Assembly (NCBI GenBank): GCA_964016885.1
Contig: OZ024757.1
Location: 33,728,001 to 33,792,000, forward strand
Reading direction: 5' to 3'
Source of the DNA: Eledone cirrhosa
Lineage: Eukaryota
DNA: 64,000 nt
Shown here in pieces: positions 1-13,168 of this stretch; position 1 is the first letter of the stretch; each line of letters starts with the position of its first letter. Below the pieces are notes generated by a model. The model ran no database searches. It was not told the DNA's origin and saw only the letters and a program-made list of their open reading frames with translations. A program made the translations under genes and the position numbers.

Positions 1-141
1 TGAGGTCTATGCCAAAGGTGTTAGCCTAATTGACCTTAACCCTTTCGCATTTAAACTGGCCACATCCAGCCACAATTCTCTCATCTCTATCTCTTCCAAC
101 CAGCCATAACATGAATGTACATATCTATATACACACACACA

Positions 142-492
142 CATCATCATCATCATCATCATCATCATTTTACGTCCGCTTTTCCCTGCTTGCAAGGGTG
201 GGACGGGTCTTATTCAGCACAGCATCTCTCCACTCGTCACGGTCCCTCGTCATCTCCACCGTGAGCTTCAATGATCTGAGGTCTGTTCTCACCACCTCCG
301 CCCATATTTTCGTGGTCTTCCTCTACCACGTCTTCCTTCAACTGGCATTTCCTGGCACTTCTTCACCCATCGGTTATCCTCCATGCGCATCACATGTCCA
401 TACCACTTCAGTCTCCTCTCCCGTACACTACATTCTATCCCTCTCAGACACAGTTTCTCTCTCAACACATTTGTGCTGGGTCGTTCACGCAC
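142..492 (-). mobile_element. RTE-clade LINE, 3' end fragment (family A) with (GAT)n tail
   Basis: Minus-strand peptide RRLKWYGHVMRMEDNRWVKKC..GRRGRGRPRK is a typical RTE C-terminus. It is followed by the 3' UTR CCCTTGCAAGCAGGGAAAAGCGGACGTAAAA(TGA)n. Near-identical copies occur at 2701, 13633, 28591 and 52745. Confidence 0.9.
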
Positions 493-799
493 ATATATAT
501 ATATATATAGCATGGAAGGAGGACGTTAAACGATAATGATGATATACATATATATACATATGTGTGTGTGTATATATATATGTATGTAAATATATATATA
601 TATATATATATGTCTGTATATATATATACGTGTGTGTGTGTTTGTGAGTGTATAGGATGGCCCATAATCGTTTACACAATACAAATGCATAAAACCACAG
701 ACAGTGGTCAAACAATACTTTTTTATCACCCTCCCTCTCTAATGCACCTCTCTCTTACCTTCTTCCTCTCTATACAACTCACAACCCATAGTCCACTAC

Positions 800-1070
800 T
801 ACCACCACCGTATCTACTACTACTACTACCACCACTATTACCACTACAATTACTACTACTACCTGCACCACCACCATCACCAATACTACTACTACCACCA
901 CCACTATTACCACTACTACTACTACCACCTGCATCACCACCAAACTACCACCACCACTACTACTATGGCCACCATCTTCACTATTACTACTACCACTACC
1001 ACTACCACTACCGCTGTCACCACTACTACTAGTACAACCAGACACCACCAACAATAACAGTACCATCAGC
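800..1070. repeat. (ACT/ACC)n cryptic trinucleotide repeat
   Basis: Directly visible ACT/ACC mosaic. Confidence 0.9.
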
Positions 1071-1165
1071 ACTGGGTGAAGTGAAAAGATGCCATTATAA
1101 GTTCATTAACCTTACCTTTACAAAAGGGAATCATTGCGAATATAATCTCTCTTTTGTACTCTAAT

Positions 1166-1573
<408 letters not shown>

Positions 1574-1739
1574 AAGACCCGCCTTGCCTAAGTACAAAGC
1601 AAAACCTACAGTCAGTAGGCACCTCTAACAAAAATACCCCCCCCCCCCCTCGTCTCACTACCCCCCACTCCATCCACACCACCCCTTTCAATGTAAAGTT
1701 ATGTTGGTACCACAACATCCAGGCCGAAACAAATGAGGT

Positions 1740-1979
1740 CATGTAGGTGTCGCAACAAAAAAAACACAGTCCACGCTGTAATATGGCCGTGTAGGTAACA
1801 CGGTAAAAACCTCCCAGTCCACACTGTAAACGTGGTTGGTGTTAGGAAGGACATCCAGCCGTAGAAAACCCGCCAGACAGTCCTATACGAGCAAGTCAAC
1901 CAATCTTGCCTCAAGTGGGAAAATTCCCGTCCAAACCCATGCAAGCGTGGAAGATGGACGTTAAATGATGATGATGATG
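1740..1979 (+). mobile_element. RTE-tail SINE-like repeat, 3' part
   Basis: CACACTGTAAA..GTGGTTGGTGTTAGGAAGG.CATCCAGC..AACCCATGCAAGCGTGGAA.ATGGACGTTAAA(TGA)n. Further copies at ~3900, 6800, 6980(-), 13168(-), 31290, 37965 and 45406(-). Confidence 0.75.
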
Positions 1980-2044
1980 TATATATGTATCACGATAAAT
2001 TAAATTAACGGAGCCATAGACTCTCGCCATTCCCTGTAAATAAT

Positions 2045-2225
2045 TGTTTCTACTTTAGGCACAAGGCCAGCAATTACCCAGTGCATTACTGGTACTTTAT
2101 TTTATCGACCCCGTAAGGATGAAAGGCAAAGTCAACCTCGGCGGGATTTGAACTCAGATCGTAAAGGGACGTAACTATGCTGGAAAGCATGGCGTCCGAC
2201 CCTCTACCGATACTGCCAATCCACA
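2045..2225 (-). mobile_element. tRNA-head SINE (family S1) with ~18-bp TSD
   Basis: A-box-like TGGCAGTATCGG and B-box GAGTTCAAATCC on the minus strand; central GCCTTTCATCCTTACGGGGTCGATAAAATAAAGTACCAG. Flanking direct repeat CCATTCCCTGTAAATAAT at 2027-2044 and 2226-2243. Confidence 0.9.
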
Positions 2226-2442
2226 CCATTCCCTGTAAATAATGTGCTCAAAAGAGAGCTCTTTAAAATACAATATGTTGAAAAGGTAACACACTAGAGA
2301 GAGATACAGTGCGCTTTCTAGCAGCTCGTCTCTCAGAGGCCACTGGTTCACTGCCCTTAAACACGCTGTGACTTCTCTCTCCCACGTGTAGCTGGACAGT
2401 CACTTTAAAATTCTCTTAGTGTTGTCTGAAATGTATAGTCTT

Positions 2443-2524
2443 ACACACGCTGAAGAACCGGGGTTATTCCATTTCTATCAACAACTTACTGGCGAAACAG
2501 ATCTCTTTGGATTTGTACGTGTGT
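2443..2524 (+). ncRNA. Type I hammerhead ribozyme (family HH-A)
   Basis: Stem I ACACACG/CGTGTGT; CTGAAGA at 2450-2456; stem II CCGG/CTGG with a long loop (A.C at its base); GAAA at 2494-2497; stem III CAGATC/GATTTG; GUA cleavage after 2517. Confidence 0.8.
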
Positions 2525-2700
2525 TATATAGTTATATAGGTATTGATTTACGCTTTAATTTATATTTTTAATTATCGTGTCTATAGTCTGCTTTTCATAG
2601 GTTATAGATTCCATACACTGGTGGTTTTTCCCTGTTTTATTGATAGCGCACTGTATCTCTCTCTAGTGTGTTACCTTTTCAACATATTGTATATATATAT

Positions 2701-3108
2701 CATCATCATCATCATTTTACATCTGCTTTTCCCTGCTTGCAAGGGTCCTATTCAACACAGCATCTCTCCACTTGTCACGGTCCTTTGTCATCTCCTCAGT
2801 GAGTTTCAGCAATCTGAGGTCTGCTCTCACCACCTCCGCCCATGTTTTTCGTGGTCTACCTCTACTGCGTCTCCCTTCTACTGGGATTTCTTGGCACTTC
2901 TTTACCCAGCGGTCATCCTCCATGCGCATCACATGTCAATTTCATCTCAGCCTTCTCTCCTGCACACCACAACTTATCCCTCTTATACCCAGTTTCTTTC
3001 TCAACTCGTCTATGCTTGGTCGTTCACGCACATTGACAGTGCACATCCAACGGAGCATACCGGCTTCATTTCTCTCCAGCCATTGCATATCCTCTTCAGT
3101 TGCTGCCC

Positions 3109-3110
<2 letters not shown>
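2701..3110 (-). mobile_element. RTE-clade LINE 3' fragment (family A)
   Basis: ORF MMRMEDDRWVKKCQEIPVEGRRSRGRPRKTWAEVVRADL plus (GAT)n tail. Confidence 0.9.
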
Positions 3111-3161
<51 letters not shown>

Positions 3162-3164
<3 letters not shown>

Positions 3165-3860
3165 TGTAGTGGGATCAGAGGTAAGCTATCTAAGAATGTA
3201 GATTTTATATGTGGCCGATGCTCAGGTGCAGTAAGTAACAAGGACCCACTGGATATCATCTCCTTCAACTGCCCAGATGGTTCTATAGAAATAGTAGACA
3301 CCTTCCGTTACCTGGGTGACAAAATCAGCAGTGGAGGAGGGTGCTCTGAAAGTGTAGTAGCCAGAGTTAGAATGGGATGGAAAAAGTTCAGAGAGCTAAT
3401 ACCGCTGTTGGCCACAAGGGGTTTTTCCCTAAAAATGAAAGGCAAATTATATGATGCATGTATACGAACGGCGATATTACATGGTAGTGAGACTTGGGCA
3501 TTGTGTGCTGAAGACCTGCGTAGATTATAAAGAAATGAAGCTTGCATGCTCCAATGAATGTGTAATAGTAACGTGCACGAAAGGTGAAGCATAGATGAAT
3601 GAAGAGGAAGACTAAGCATAAGAGGTATCAAATGTGTTCTGGAGAGGAGATTGCGTTGGTATGAACATGTGATGCATATGAAAGACGAGAGCTGTTTAAA
3701 AGGTGTAGGGCAATGAAAAGTGATGGAAGCTGCGGAGTGAGTAGACCAAGAAAAATCTGGGACAAGGTGATAAAAACTGACCTTACCCACCTACACCTCT
3801 CTAAGACAATGACATTGGATCGAGCCCTTTGGTGCCATGCAGTTGTACAGAAGACCCGAC
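3162..3860 (+). pseudogene. Degraded RTE-clade ORF2 C-terminal region
   Basis: RCSGIRG..FICGRC..VDTFRYLGD..GGGCSESVVARVRMGWKKFREL..LHGSETW, then in-frame stops and an RRLRWY.HVM motif. Confidence 0.85.
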
Positions 3861-4116
3861 TGCCATCCACTGAGTTGATGACACACCAGTCCAGACTGTA
3901 AGGTGAATGTGTAGGAGACACGGTGAAAAGGCTCCCAGTCCACACTGTAAATGTGGTTGGTGTTAGGAAGGGCATCCAGCTGTAAAAAAAACCTGCCAGA
4001 GACGCTTCCGTACGAGCGAGACATGGTCTCCCGACCATTCCCGCATCAAATGGAACAAAACCGTCTAACCCATACTAGCGTGGAAGATGGATGTTAAACG
4101 CTGATGATGATGATGA

Positions 4117-4161
<45 letters not shown>

Positions 4162-4387
4162 GATAGATACATATATATATGTATATATATATATATGTAT
4201 ATAGATAGATACATATATATATGTATATATATTTATCTGTATATAGATAGATACATATATATATATATCTGTATATAGATAGATATATATATATATATAT
4301 ATGTATATAGATAGATACATATATATATGTATATATATTTATCTATATATAGATAGATATATATGTATATATATAGATAGATAGATA

Positions 4388-4425
<38 letters not shown>

Positions 4426-4480
4426 TATATATATATATATATCCAACCTATTGCTAGCATGGAAGTTGGATGCTAAATGA

Positions 4481-4511
<31 letters not shown>

Positions 4512-4584
4512 TAGATAGATAGAAAGAAAGATAGATATAGTTATATATATGCGTGTCTGAGTGTGTATATATATATGTATATAC

Positions 4585-5800
4585 ATGAAAAGATTCAGGA
4601 CCCCGACGGCTGAGCTCCAGCCATTTTGACAGTTAGATCAGAACTAAAGTGCCAGTATTCAAACGGTGGTGGGAATCTAGCTGAACTTATCAAGAGGTAC
4701 AGTCCAATGAAAGCAAAAGATCATAAAAGTTGTTTGTTTTTGTTTTACTTGTTTTTGTAGTCAGTGATCGGTAGGGGTCGGGGTGTTACCGTAAATGGCT
4801 GGTTTAGTCCTGCTAAATGTTGTGTATTTTATTTATTACACTCTTGGCTGTGAGGGGCTAGACAGGCCAAGAAGCAAGAGGAATAGATGAACTTACTGAC
4901 CTGAAAGTGCTAACTAACCCAGTCAGTGGTGTAACACCATGCTAAAAGAGAATTTATGCTTATCAACTATTTCTTATCTGTAGAAATGTGTTTGTGCTTA
5001 ACCTCAATTGAAGAGGAAAAAACCAATGACAGAAAATCTAATTTTGATGTATTTAAGTCAAAGAGAATAATGATATTTATGTGGTTGTTAATTTGCTTAA
5101 CAGTTTGCTACAAAGCTAAGGATTTATAATTTATTACAATGTCTCCTACTCGTAGAGAAATCCGGTTATTAGTTACTCTATGGCCTGGGAAGAGCACCTC
5201 ATTCACTATTTTACTAATTTTCAGACACCAATAAATCTACCCTTAATCTTAAAGACAGTATCAATTATTTCAGTTCTCATACTGTTCTAAGTTAGCTAAG
5301 GTTCTATAGTAAGGTAAATTCTTGTTATATAAGAAATGCCTCAAAATGTAAAATTAGCATGTATATCAAAGCCCTTGCAAAACATTAGCAAAAGGAAATA
5401 ATAGAATTAAAGGTTAGCTGATAGTTTTCTTTAACAATTCTAATGCTATAGTTTTTGATGGTGCTTACACACTGGTCTAATATAGGTTTATAAGCTAGTA
5501 CACATTTACTGTGTATGCCAGGCCTGCCATTGTGGCAGTCCAGTAATGGCTACAAGGAAGATTGTGCATCGTGCTTAAACTATGAGTAATGGGTCTAGTA
5601 ATAGGTCATAGCTATCTGTTCGGCTGGTTCTAGAGTGCAATATGTATAATTTAGCAAAAGCAAAAATATTCTATTTCTACCTAAGGATGTTTAGGAAAAG
5701 CCATCGGGGTCCTGAATTTTTTCATATCCATTCTACTACCCCAAGTATTGAGTACTCTGGTGGGTTATAGTCCACCTGATTTTTTACCACACCCTATCTG
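4585..5800. mobile_element. Old PLE-type fold-back element (HH-C-related ends, degraded ~1 kb interior)
   Basis: Inverted ends ATGAAAAGATTCAGGACCCCGACGGC (4585) and GCCATCGGGGTCCTGAATTTTTTCAT (~5700-5726). The right side continues into the tail shared with the 20385-21752 elements. TA-rich flanks. Confidence 0.55.
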
Positions 5801-6057
5801 ATATATACATACATACATAGGTGTGTTTATGTATATACATAAATATATATGTATATATACACATACATATCATCGTCTTCATTGTTTTTACATCAATTTT
5901 ACCGTTATATATACAAACAAACAAGTACCGAACCACTAGTTAACAGTGGTTTATTTGTATTTATTCTTCATTGGACATTCTATTGGAAGAATCAAATCTA
6001 TATGTCCCACGACATGGACAAAGAAACTGAGGCAGACAGAAACTGAGCTCGATGAAG

Positions 6058-6427
6058 TACTCTTGGGTCCCAAATAATGGGGTAGGGGCTGGAATAAGCA
6101 GGGAGGGGGCAATCGGTAATTTTTCTAGGTCGTCTTCATTAACTTTTTTTTAAAAACCAGAATTAGCCATATAGTTTACATATTGAGACTCCCAACCCAT
6201 CGTATTTATTTTATAATGTATAGGATTTCTAGTAATATATTTTTTGTTGTCATGTATAAAAAAAATTAATTATCGCAGGAATGCTACCACTTAAAATTAT
6301 ATTTCGCCGGAGATAGATTAGGAAAATTTAATGGGAGTGGGGTGGGTCAAATAACAGCAGGTGGAAAAAATCTGAAAAATTAATAAGTGTGTGGGAGCAG
6401 GGAGCGATTTTTCAAAACCTGAGAGTA
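6058..6427. mobile_element. Possible degraded non-autonomous DNA transposon
   Basis: Imperfect terminal inverted repeat TACTCTTGGGT / ACCTGAGAGTA only. Confidence 0.3.
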
Positions 6428-6586
6428 TATTGCTGTTTACCTCAGTCATGATGTCTAACTCAAAGGGAATGAAGTATGTGAAACTGCCAGAGATAGAATG
6501 GCATAGGGATCTGTTACTGGGGTCACTTCTTGTTTCTCTACACCAGAATGAGACAGAGCCAACATGGTGTATATATAAGTTGTTGA

Positions 6587-6825
6587 GTAGGTGTCATAAC
6601 AAAAAGGGCCCAGTCCACACAGTAAAGTGGTCGAGTAGATGCCATGACAAAAAGTGCCCAGTCCACACTGTAAAGTGGTCCTGTAAGTGTCAAGACAGAA
6701 AGTGCCCGGCCCACACTGTAAAGTGGTCCTGTAAGTGTCATGACAAAACGTGTCCAGCCCACACTGTAAAGTTGTCGTGTAGGTGACACGACAAAAAGAC
6801 ACCCAGCACACACTGTAAATGTGGT
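6587..6825. repeat. 48-bp tandem repeat (~5 copies) inside a SINE-like element
   Basis: Unit GTGTCATGACAAAAAGTGCCCAGTCCACACTGTAAAGTGGTCCTGTAA; 16-aa periodicity in ORF 6391..6786. Confidence 0.85.
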
Positions 6826-7565
6826 TGGCATTAGGAAAGGCATCCAGCCGTAGAAACCAAGCAAAAATCAGTTCTGTGTGAGCAAGACATGGTCATCTGA
6901 CCTAGCTTGTCTCACAACGGAACTACTTGTCTAACCAATGCTAGAGTGGAAAATGGACGTTAAATGGGGACAATATATATCATCATCATCATCGTATAAC
7001 ATCCATTTTCCACACTAACATGTGTTATTAGAGTTGTCCTATTGTGAGACTAGTCAGGTCCAGAGATCACATACTGCTCATGTGGACCAGTATTTTAGCT
7101 TGGTTTCTACAGCTGGATGCCCTTCCTAACACAAAGCATGTTACAGTGTGGACTGGATGCTTTTTATCGTGGCACCAAAACAATCACTTTACAATATGAA
7201 CTAGGTGCTTTTTGTCATGTCATCATCACGATCAACTTACAGGACGGTCTGTATGCTTTTGTTGTTGTGGTGCCAGATCAGCATACAGGGTGCACAGTAT
7301 GCTTTATGCCATGACATGGTATTGTAGGAGGTTAAATGTCAAGCATGTCTAGCTTTCATAGGCTTGGCAGGTGAGGTGTATCAAGGGTGGGGGAAGGGGG
7401 GACATGTAAGTGAGTTAGACATTGGATAGGTGGTTAGGATATTTAGGTGTGAACAGGATATTAAGGTGTGTGTGTGGGGGGGGGGGGGGGTTGATTGCTG
7501 CAGGCTAGTATGTATCCCTGCATATTTGTTTCATTTCACTTTGTGTACATAAGAGAGGGAATGGG

Positions 7566-7609
<44 letters not shown>

Positions 7610-7610
7610 T

Positions 7611-8915
7611 TGTGTATGTATATACTTATATACATATATATAATAGGTGGTGAATTGGCAGAGTTGTTAAGACGTCAGATAGAATGCTTTACAGTATTCG
7701 TCCCACCTCTTTGCGTGTTGAGTTCAGATCTCACCATGGGCAACTTTGCTTTTCATCCTTTCGAGGTCGATAAAAAAAAGTACCAGTCCAGTACTGGGGT
7801 TGATTCTTCCTCTACAGAAAAAATTGGCTGTGTTCAGACCTGGAGAGGGTTGGGTTCCGCGAGATTTAAAAGTGCCCTAGGCATGCCGTATGTCTCCACA
7901 AGGAGTTATGGGATCTTTCCTTTCTATATATATATATATATATATACACAGACCAGGTGATGTTGTTTCCTTGAGCAAGACACTTTATTTCACATTGCTC
8001 CAGTTTACTCAGCTGTAGAAATGAGATGATAGGGACTGGGATCCCTATCATTCCACTGCAAAGTGGTTGTGTAGGTGCCACGGCAAAAAAACACCCAACA
8101 CTCGCTGTAAATGAGGTTGGTGTTAGGAAGGGCATCCAGCTGTAGAAATCAAGCCAGAATCAGTTCCTGTCCCACCCTTGCAAGCAGGGAAAAGCGGACG
8201 TAAAATGGTAATATATATATATATATATGTGTGTGTAGTTTAAGGAGACAACAAATAGAGGTACAAAATATCTTATTAGTTTCATGCTGGAAAAGAGGAA
8301 AGAAAGTTTGACTTGTTGGGCTTTAGTCCTTCTGGGATACAAAAATAGAGACAGGATGACAAAGGATAGATACAGAAAATAAAAGGTAGTCAAAGTAAAG
8401 TAAAAAAAAAAAAAAACGAAAATAAAGAGTGTAAACAAAACAAACTCGTAGGTAGTCTTGGTAACAATTTTGGAATGCAAAGAGAGTGTGTATTAGTGGT
8501 GTATGTTTGAATGTCTGTGTGTTTTTTTAAGGTGTATTGTGTAAAGTATCACAGTTGGTGTGTGTATGCATATATCCATTGGCAATAAAATTGAAAAAAA
8601 ATATTAATAAAACTCAATGGTCATTGGCTTTTGAAATGGATGTACATAGTTTCAACCCCTATCCTACTGGTACTGCTAGTCCATCTGGAGTCACAATGTC
8701 TGACAAAATAGTTAAACACTGGCCTTTGAGTATTAAGATGAAAAAAAACTATAAACAAAACTTACATACGTAAGGCAAAGTTGACCATGGTGAGATCTGA
8801 ACTCAACACGCAAAGAGGTGGGACAAATACTGTAAAGCATTCTATCTGACGTCTTAACAACTCTGCCAATTCACCGCCTATTATATATATATGTATATAA
8901 GTATATACATACACA
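7611..8915. repeat. Local inverted duplication (arms 7611-7752 and 8772-8915)
   Basis: The arms are near-identical reverse complements of a degraded S1 head plus its microsatellite flank. Confidence 0.85.
7950..8208 (+). mobile_element. 5'-truncated SINE (family S2) with RTE family A tail
   Basis: Same sequence as 36857-37193(-); ends CCCACCCTTGCAAGCAGGGAAAAGCGGACGTAAAATG. Confidence 0.8.
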
Positions 8916-9248
8916 CATATATATATATACAACATTTAAGTTACTACAATTTTTTTCAACATGTGTATATGTGTGTGAGTGTGTGTGTGTGCATATGCAT
9001 ACAGTTATATGTATGTATGGTCCTACAACTCCTGATAGAGTCATAGGGACACCATACAGTATTTCTTGGGGCTTTTAAGCCTGGTAGAGCCCACCCCTCT
9101 CCAGGCCTGAGTACAGCAGATTTCTTACACAAAAACTTCCTGAGCTTTGTCCATCCTATTCTAGCTATTATGTTCTCAGGACAACGTTCTCCTCCGCTAA
9201 TTAGGTAATGGAAACTGTCGACTATTTCTGGGGTTGGGAAACATTTAT

Positions 9249-9474
9249 TTAACCTTTTAACATTTAAACCAGCCATATCTGGCCAGAATTCTCTTACCTC
9301 TTTCTGTTCAAACTGGCCATCACCGACCACTCATACTGATGTTAAGGTATTGTTCTCAAAATAAATATCAAAATCTCGTAGGTTTGATATTATGTGAAAT
9401 AATTATGTGGGGTAAAGCCTTCACCACAAAAATATAATAGTAAATATAGAGTAATGAAAATGCTAGAGGGTTAA
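9249..9474. mobile_element. TTAA-flanked piggyBac-like MITE
   Basis: TTAA-CCTTTTAACATTT ... AAATGCTAGAGGG-TTAA; a related left end is at 36-95. Confidence 0.65.
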
Positions 9475-9594
9475 ATACTGCTTTTACTACCAACCATCCA
9501 TGTTTATCTGCCACATACAAAGTCTACCTTTTTTTGTTTCCCTGCTGCTTTCCTACTACACCTCTTGTGAACCCATACCTTTCATTGTGTACAG

Positions 9595-9896
9595 CAGAGG
9601 TCTCCAACCTTTTTTATACCACGGACCAGCTCATTGCCGGACAATCTTTCTGTAGTCTGGAAGTTGCACATATGTGTTATTTAAAATATACATTAATCAT
9701 AAAATTTACTTACTGTTATGATAGATAGTATCAAGAAGATGAATATTGAATATTTAAACAAGTCTTTTTAAATTAAAGTCCAATGTTCAATTTATCTATT
9801 ATATAATTTTAAACAAGTTAATTATTTCTTTGTAACCCGATAGCAAATGATCCACAGATCACTACCAGTTTGTGGCCTGGTGATTGGGGACCTCTG
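9595..9896. mobile_element. hAT (Charlie-like) MITE
   Basis: TIR CAGAGGTCTCCAA / TTGGGGACCTCTG; 8-bp TSD GTGTACAG / GTGTACAT (7 of 8 match). Confidence 0.75.
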
Positions 9897-10953
9897 GTGT
9901 ACATAATATAAAGTTTATACCTACTTCTTGTCTACATATTGAGCAAGGTCACTTCCCTGATGAGATCAAGGCCTTATCTTTGCTGACTGTGAGAGATACT
10001 ATTGTCTGCTGACTGTCTTCCAGATACTATTGTCCCATGTGATATGATGATAGCCTGTACTAAGATATCAACCACAACACTACTAACTGTGAGAGTATAT
10101 CTTCTAATGGTAAGTAACTCTCAGGAGATCTGGACAACAGAAGGTCTTCAGAGAAGAAAAGCCCCTCAAGTGAATGTTTTCAGCCTTTAACTTTTTACCC
10201 TCTAAGGGGGCTGGGTCACACCCAGGTCATGACTCCTGGGTGCACTTCTGCTGACATTTAGCCATTCAAATATTGGAGACTTGCTGTGTTTTTAAACTGT
10301 ATGGAGATTTTGTTGGCAGGATCTAGCTGGAATTCTTCTCCGTTGCTTCTGCAGAGCTACACTGTATCACTGTATCTAGTTTAGAATAGTTACACTGTAT
10401 CTTGAATGTAAACCTTGAATATATCTAGTTTACTATAGGTACACTATAGACCTGTGTCTATTTGGCTTAAAATAAATACCCTGTATCCCTGTGCATATGA
10501 AGTTTAGGACAGTTATATGATATCCCTGTGTGCATCTGGTTTAGAATAAATAAGATGGAGCTTGCATGTCATATGAGACAACCAAAGGATTGGTGTCAGG
10601 AAGGGCATACAGCTGTAAAAGATTGCCTCAAAGAGGACCATATGATGTGTATGAGACCTGCCATGGGTCATACAAGGCTAACCCCTGCTTTATCAGGGAA
10701 AAATTACCTTAGTCCTTTTAATACCAACCATGGATCTGGTTCAATGAAACAAAACCATCCATTTTAATGATTTTTAAACTAGAATCTTCTAACATAATTT
10801 TATATAAGAACTGCATGTTAAGTTACTATTATCTCAATAATTAATTGAAATTGAGTTGGGAGAACTTATCAGTTAACTTCCCTAGTGTTATATCTACACG
10901 ATAGATCTACCCAGTACACTCTGTAAAATGGTTGATGATTGGTAGGGCATCCC

Positions 10954-11234
10954 TAAAGTCTGTCTTAAGCCAGAAGGCTCGTTAGGCCAGTGCTTATCCC
11001 AGTTTCATGGTGTGAAGCAACTGAGAGTATAAGACACCCACCCTGGACAGGATGGAGTCCATTGCAGGGTTAAACCTCCATTTAGTGCTGGTACTCATTT
11101 TCAGCTGAGTATACTGGAGCAACATGAAATGAAGTGTTTTGCTCAAGAACATAACATGCAACCCAGCCCAAGAAACGAACCCATGCCATTATGATCGTAA
11201 ATCCAATATCCTTACCACTAGGCCACGTGCCTCC
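10954..11234 (-). mobile_element. tRNA-head SINE (family S4)
   Basis: Reverse complement of 46063-46338; 3' part also present at 15338-15470. Confidence 0.75.
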
Positions 11235-11825
11235 ACTAGGAAGGGCATCCCGCCACTGAAAATTGCCAAACAAAGGATCAGGAGGACTCTTCAGCTATGT
11301 CAAAAACATGACATCTCTAGTTAAGTGAATGACAATCTGCTGGCCCGTCTGAGCATTTGGTGGGGTGGTGCAGGAACATATGTAAGATGCAGGTTCCCAG
11401 TTCTTTCCATGGGAGTCGGTCAGTACTTCTGCTTTGTGTATCAACCTGATCTACTAACAACCTGTCCAATCCTTAATAGCAAGGAAAGTGTATGTTAAAC
11501 AATCATATTGATGATGATGATGATAGTGATGATGATGATGATGGTGATGATGGTGAATTTCTTTGGAAATACAGTGAAGAAGGGGTCAAAATGCCTTGTG
11601 TGTATATTGAGAATGATGGATCAAAATAAAATTTGTGAAACCTAAGAACCTAAGAACAAACAAACAAAAAAAGAAACAACAACCAACATAAAACTCAACC
11701 AACCTGGTATTGTTGTCTGGGACCACAAAACTAAAAACATGTTCTGCTGTAGAAGTTTAGTTGCCCACTAAATAATAAGTCTTTTTTTGTCAGTGCTCAA
11801 CATCTTGGTAAAGGGGCAGGGGGTC

Positions 11826-12022
11826 AGTGGATCAAAATGTTGGCGGCGATGGTGGAGTTCAATGGATCAAACTGTTAGTGGCAATGATAGAAGGGGATCA
11901 AAGTATTGGCGGCGGTGGAGTTCAGTGGATCAAAATGTTGGTAGCAGTGATAGAAGGGGATCAAAATGTCAAAGTATCAAAAAAAAGTCAGGGAATTGGA
12001 ATGTCAGAGGATCAAAAGTTCA
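11826..12022. repeat. Degenerate GGATCAAA-containing tandem repeat
   Basis: GGATCAAA recurs about every 30 bp, with a ~60-bp higher-order period. Confidence 0.6.
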
Positions 12023-12394
12023 GTGTATCTTGATAAATTATGATGGTGGGATGAGAAGGGTATTGTCAATCTTTATCCCAAGCTGCTGAAGTGAATGGCC
12101 ATACTGTCATGACAGGATTTAAATATGTACAGATATACCACTTTATCTGTATTTATATATAATGTATACCTGTATTGTATTGGTACTTAAGAGGGTACAC
12201 ACACATGCACACACACTCACACACACACACATTAGTATATATCTATATAGAGAGAGAGATACACCCACACACAAACACACCACATCTATATATAAGTATA
12301 TATCTATATATAGAGAGAGAGACACACACACACACTTGCATACGCACACACCCAAGCACATATATATATATATATATACACACACATAAAAATA

Positions 12395-12429
<35 letters not shown>

Positions 12430-12561
12430 TTATATATATATATATATACTTATATATATGTGTGTGTGCGTGTATCTATATGTATAAAGCGATACACACA
12501 CATACACACAAATATATTTAAACAAATATATTAAACAAAGACACTATGCAGAATGAAGACT

Positions 12562-12595
<34 letters not shown>

Positions 12596-12597
12596 AG

Positions 12598-12639
<42 letters not shown>

Positions 12640-13097
12640 AGGATGGATAGATAGATTGTGTGTGTGAGAAAGAAGCTTTGTTATTGAAATACATAATACA
12701 TAGTGACTATTGTATAATTAATTGCTGGTGTGTGGCAATAACAAACCTTGGTGAAGTGTGGAGTAAGGTGGTGGTGTGGTGTGGAGGGGGGGGGGGGGGG
12801 AGCAGGGTAAGGGTGTGGTGTGGAGGGGGGGAGCAGGGTAAGGGTGTGGTAGGGTAGTGGCCTGGTGTAGGATAGGGGTGAAGTGAGGAGTGGTGTGGTG
12901 TAGTAGATTGGTGCAGGGTGGAGAGGGGTATGGTGGTGGTGGTAGTGGTGATATGGTGATGGTGGTGGTAGTTCAACTACCATGGGGATTTATCAGGGCA
13001 GAAATATAAAAGATACGACAAAGACACTAAACAAAGGCAAGAAAAATATATAAATAATAAAATATATCTAATACATATGGGTATGTCTGTGTGTGTA

Positions 13098-13167
<70 letters not shown>

Positions 13168-13168
<1 letters not shown>

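Noticed and set aside
9957-9985. CTGATGA followed by a small hairpin
   Set aside because: No GAAA, stem III or stem I follows, so it is a chance match.
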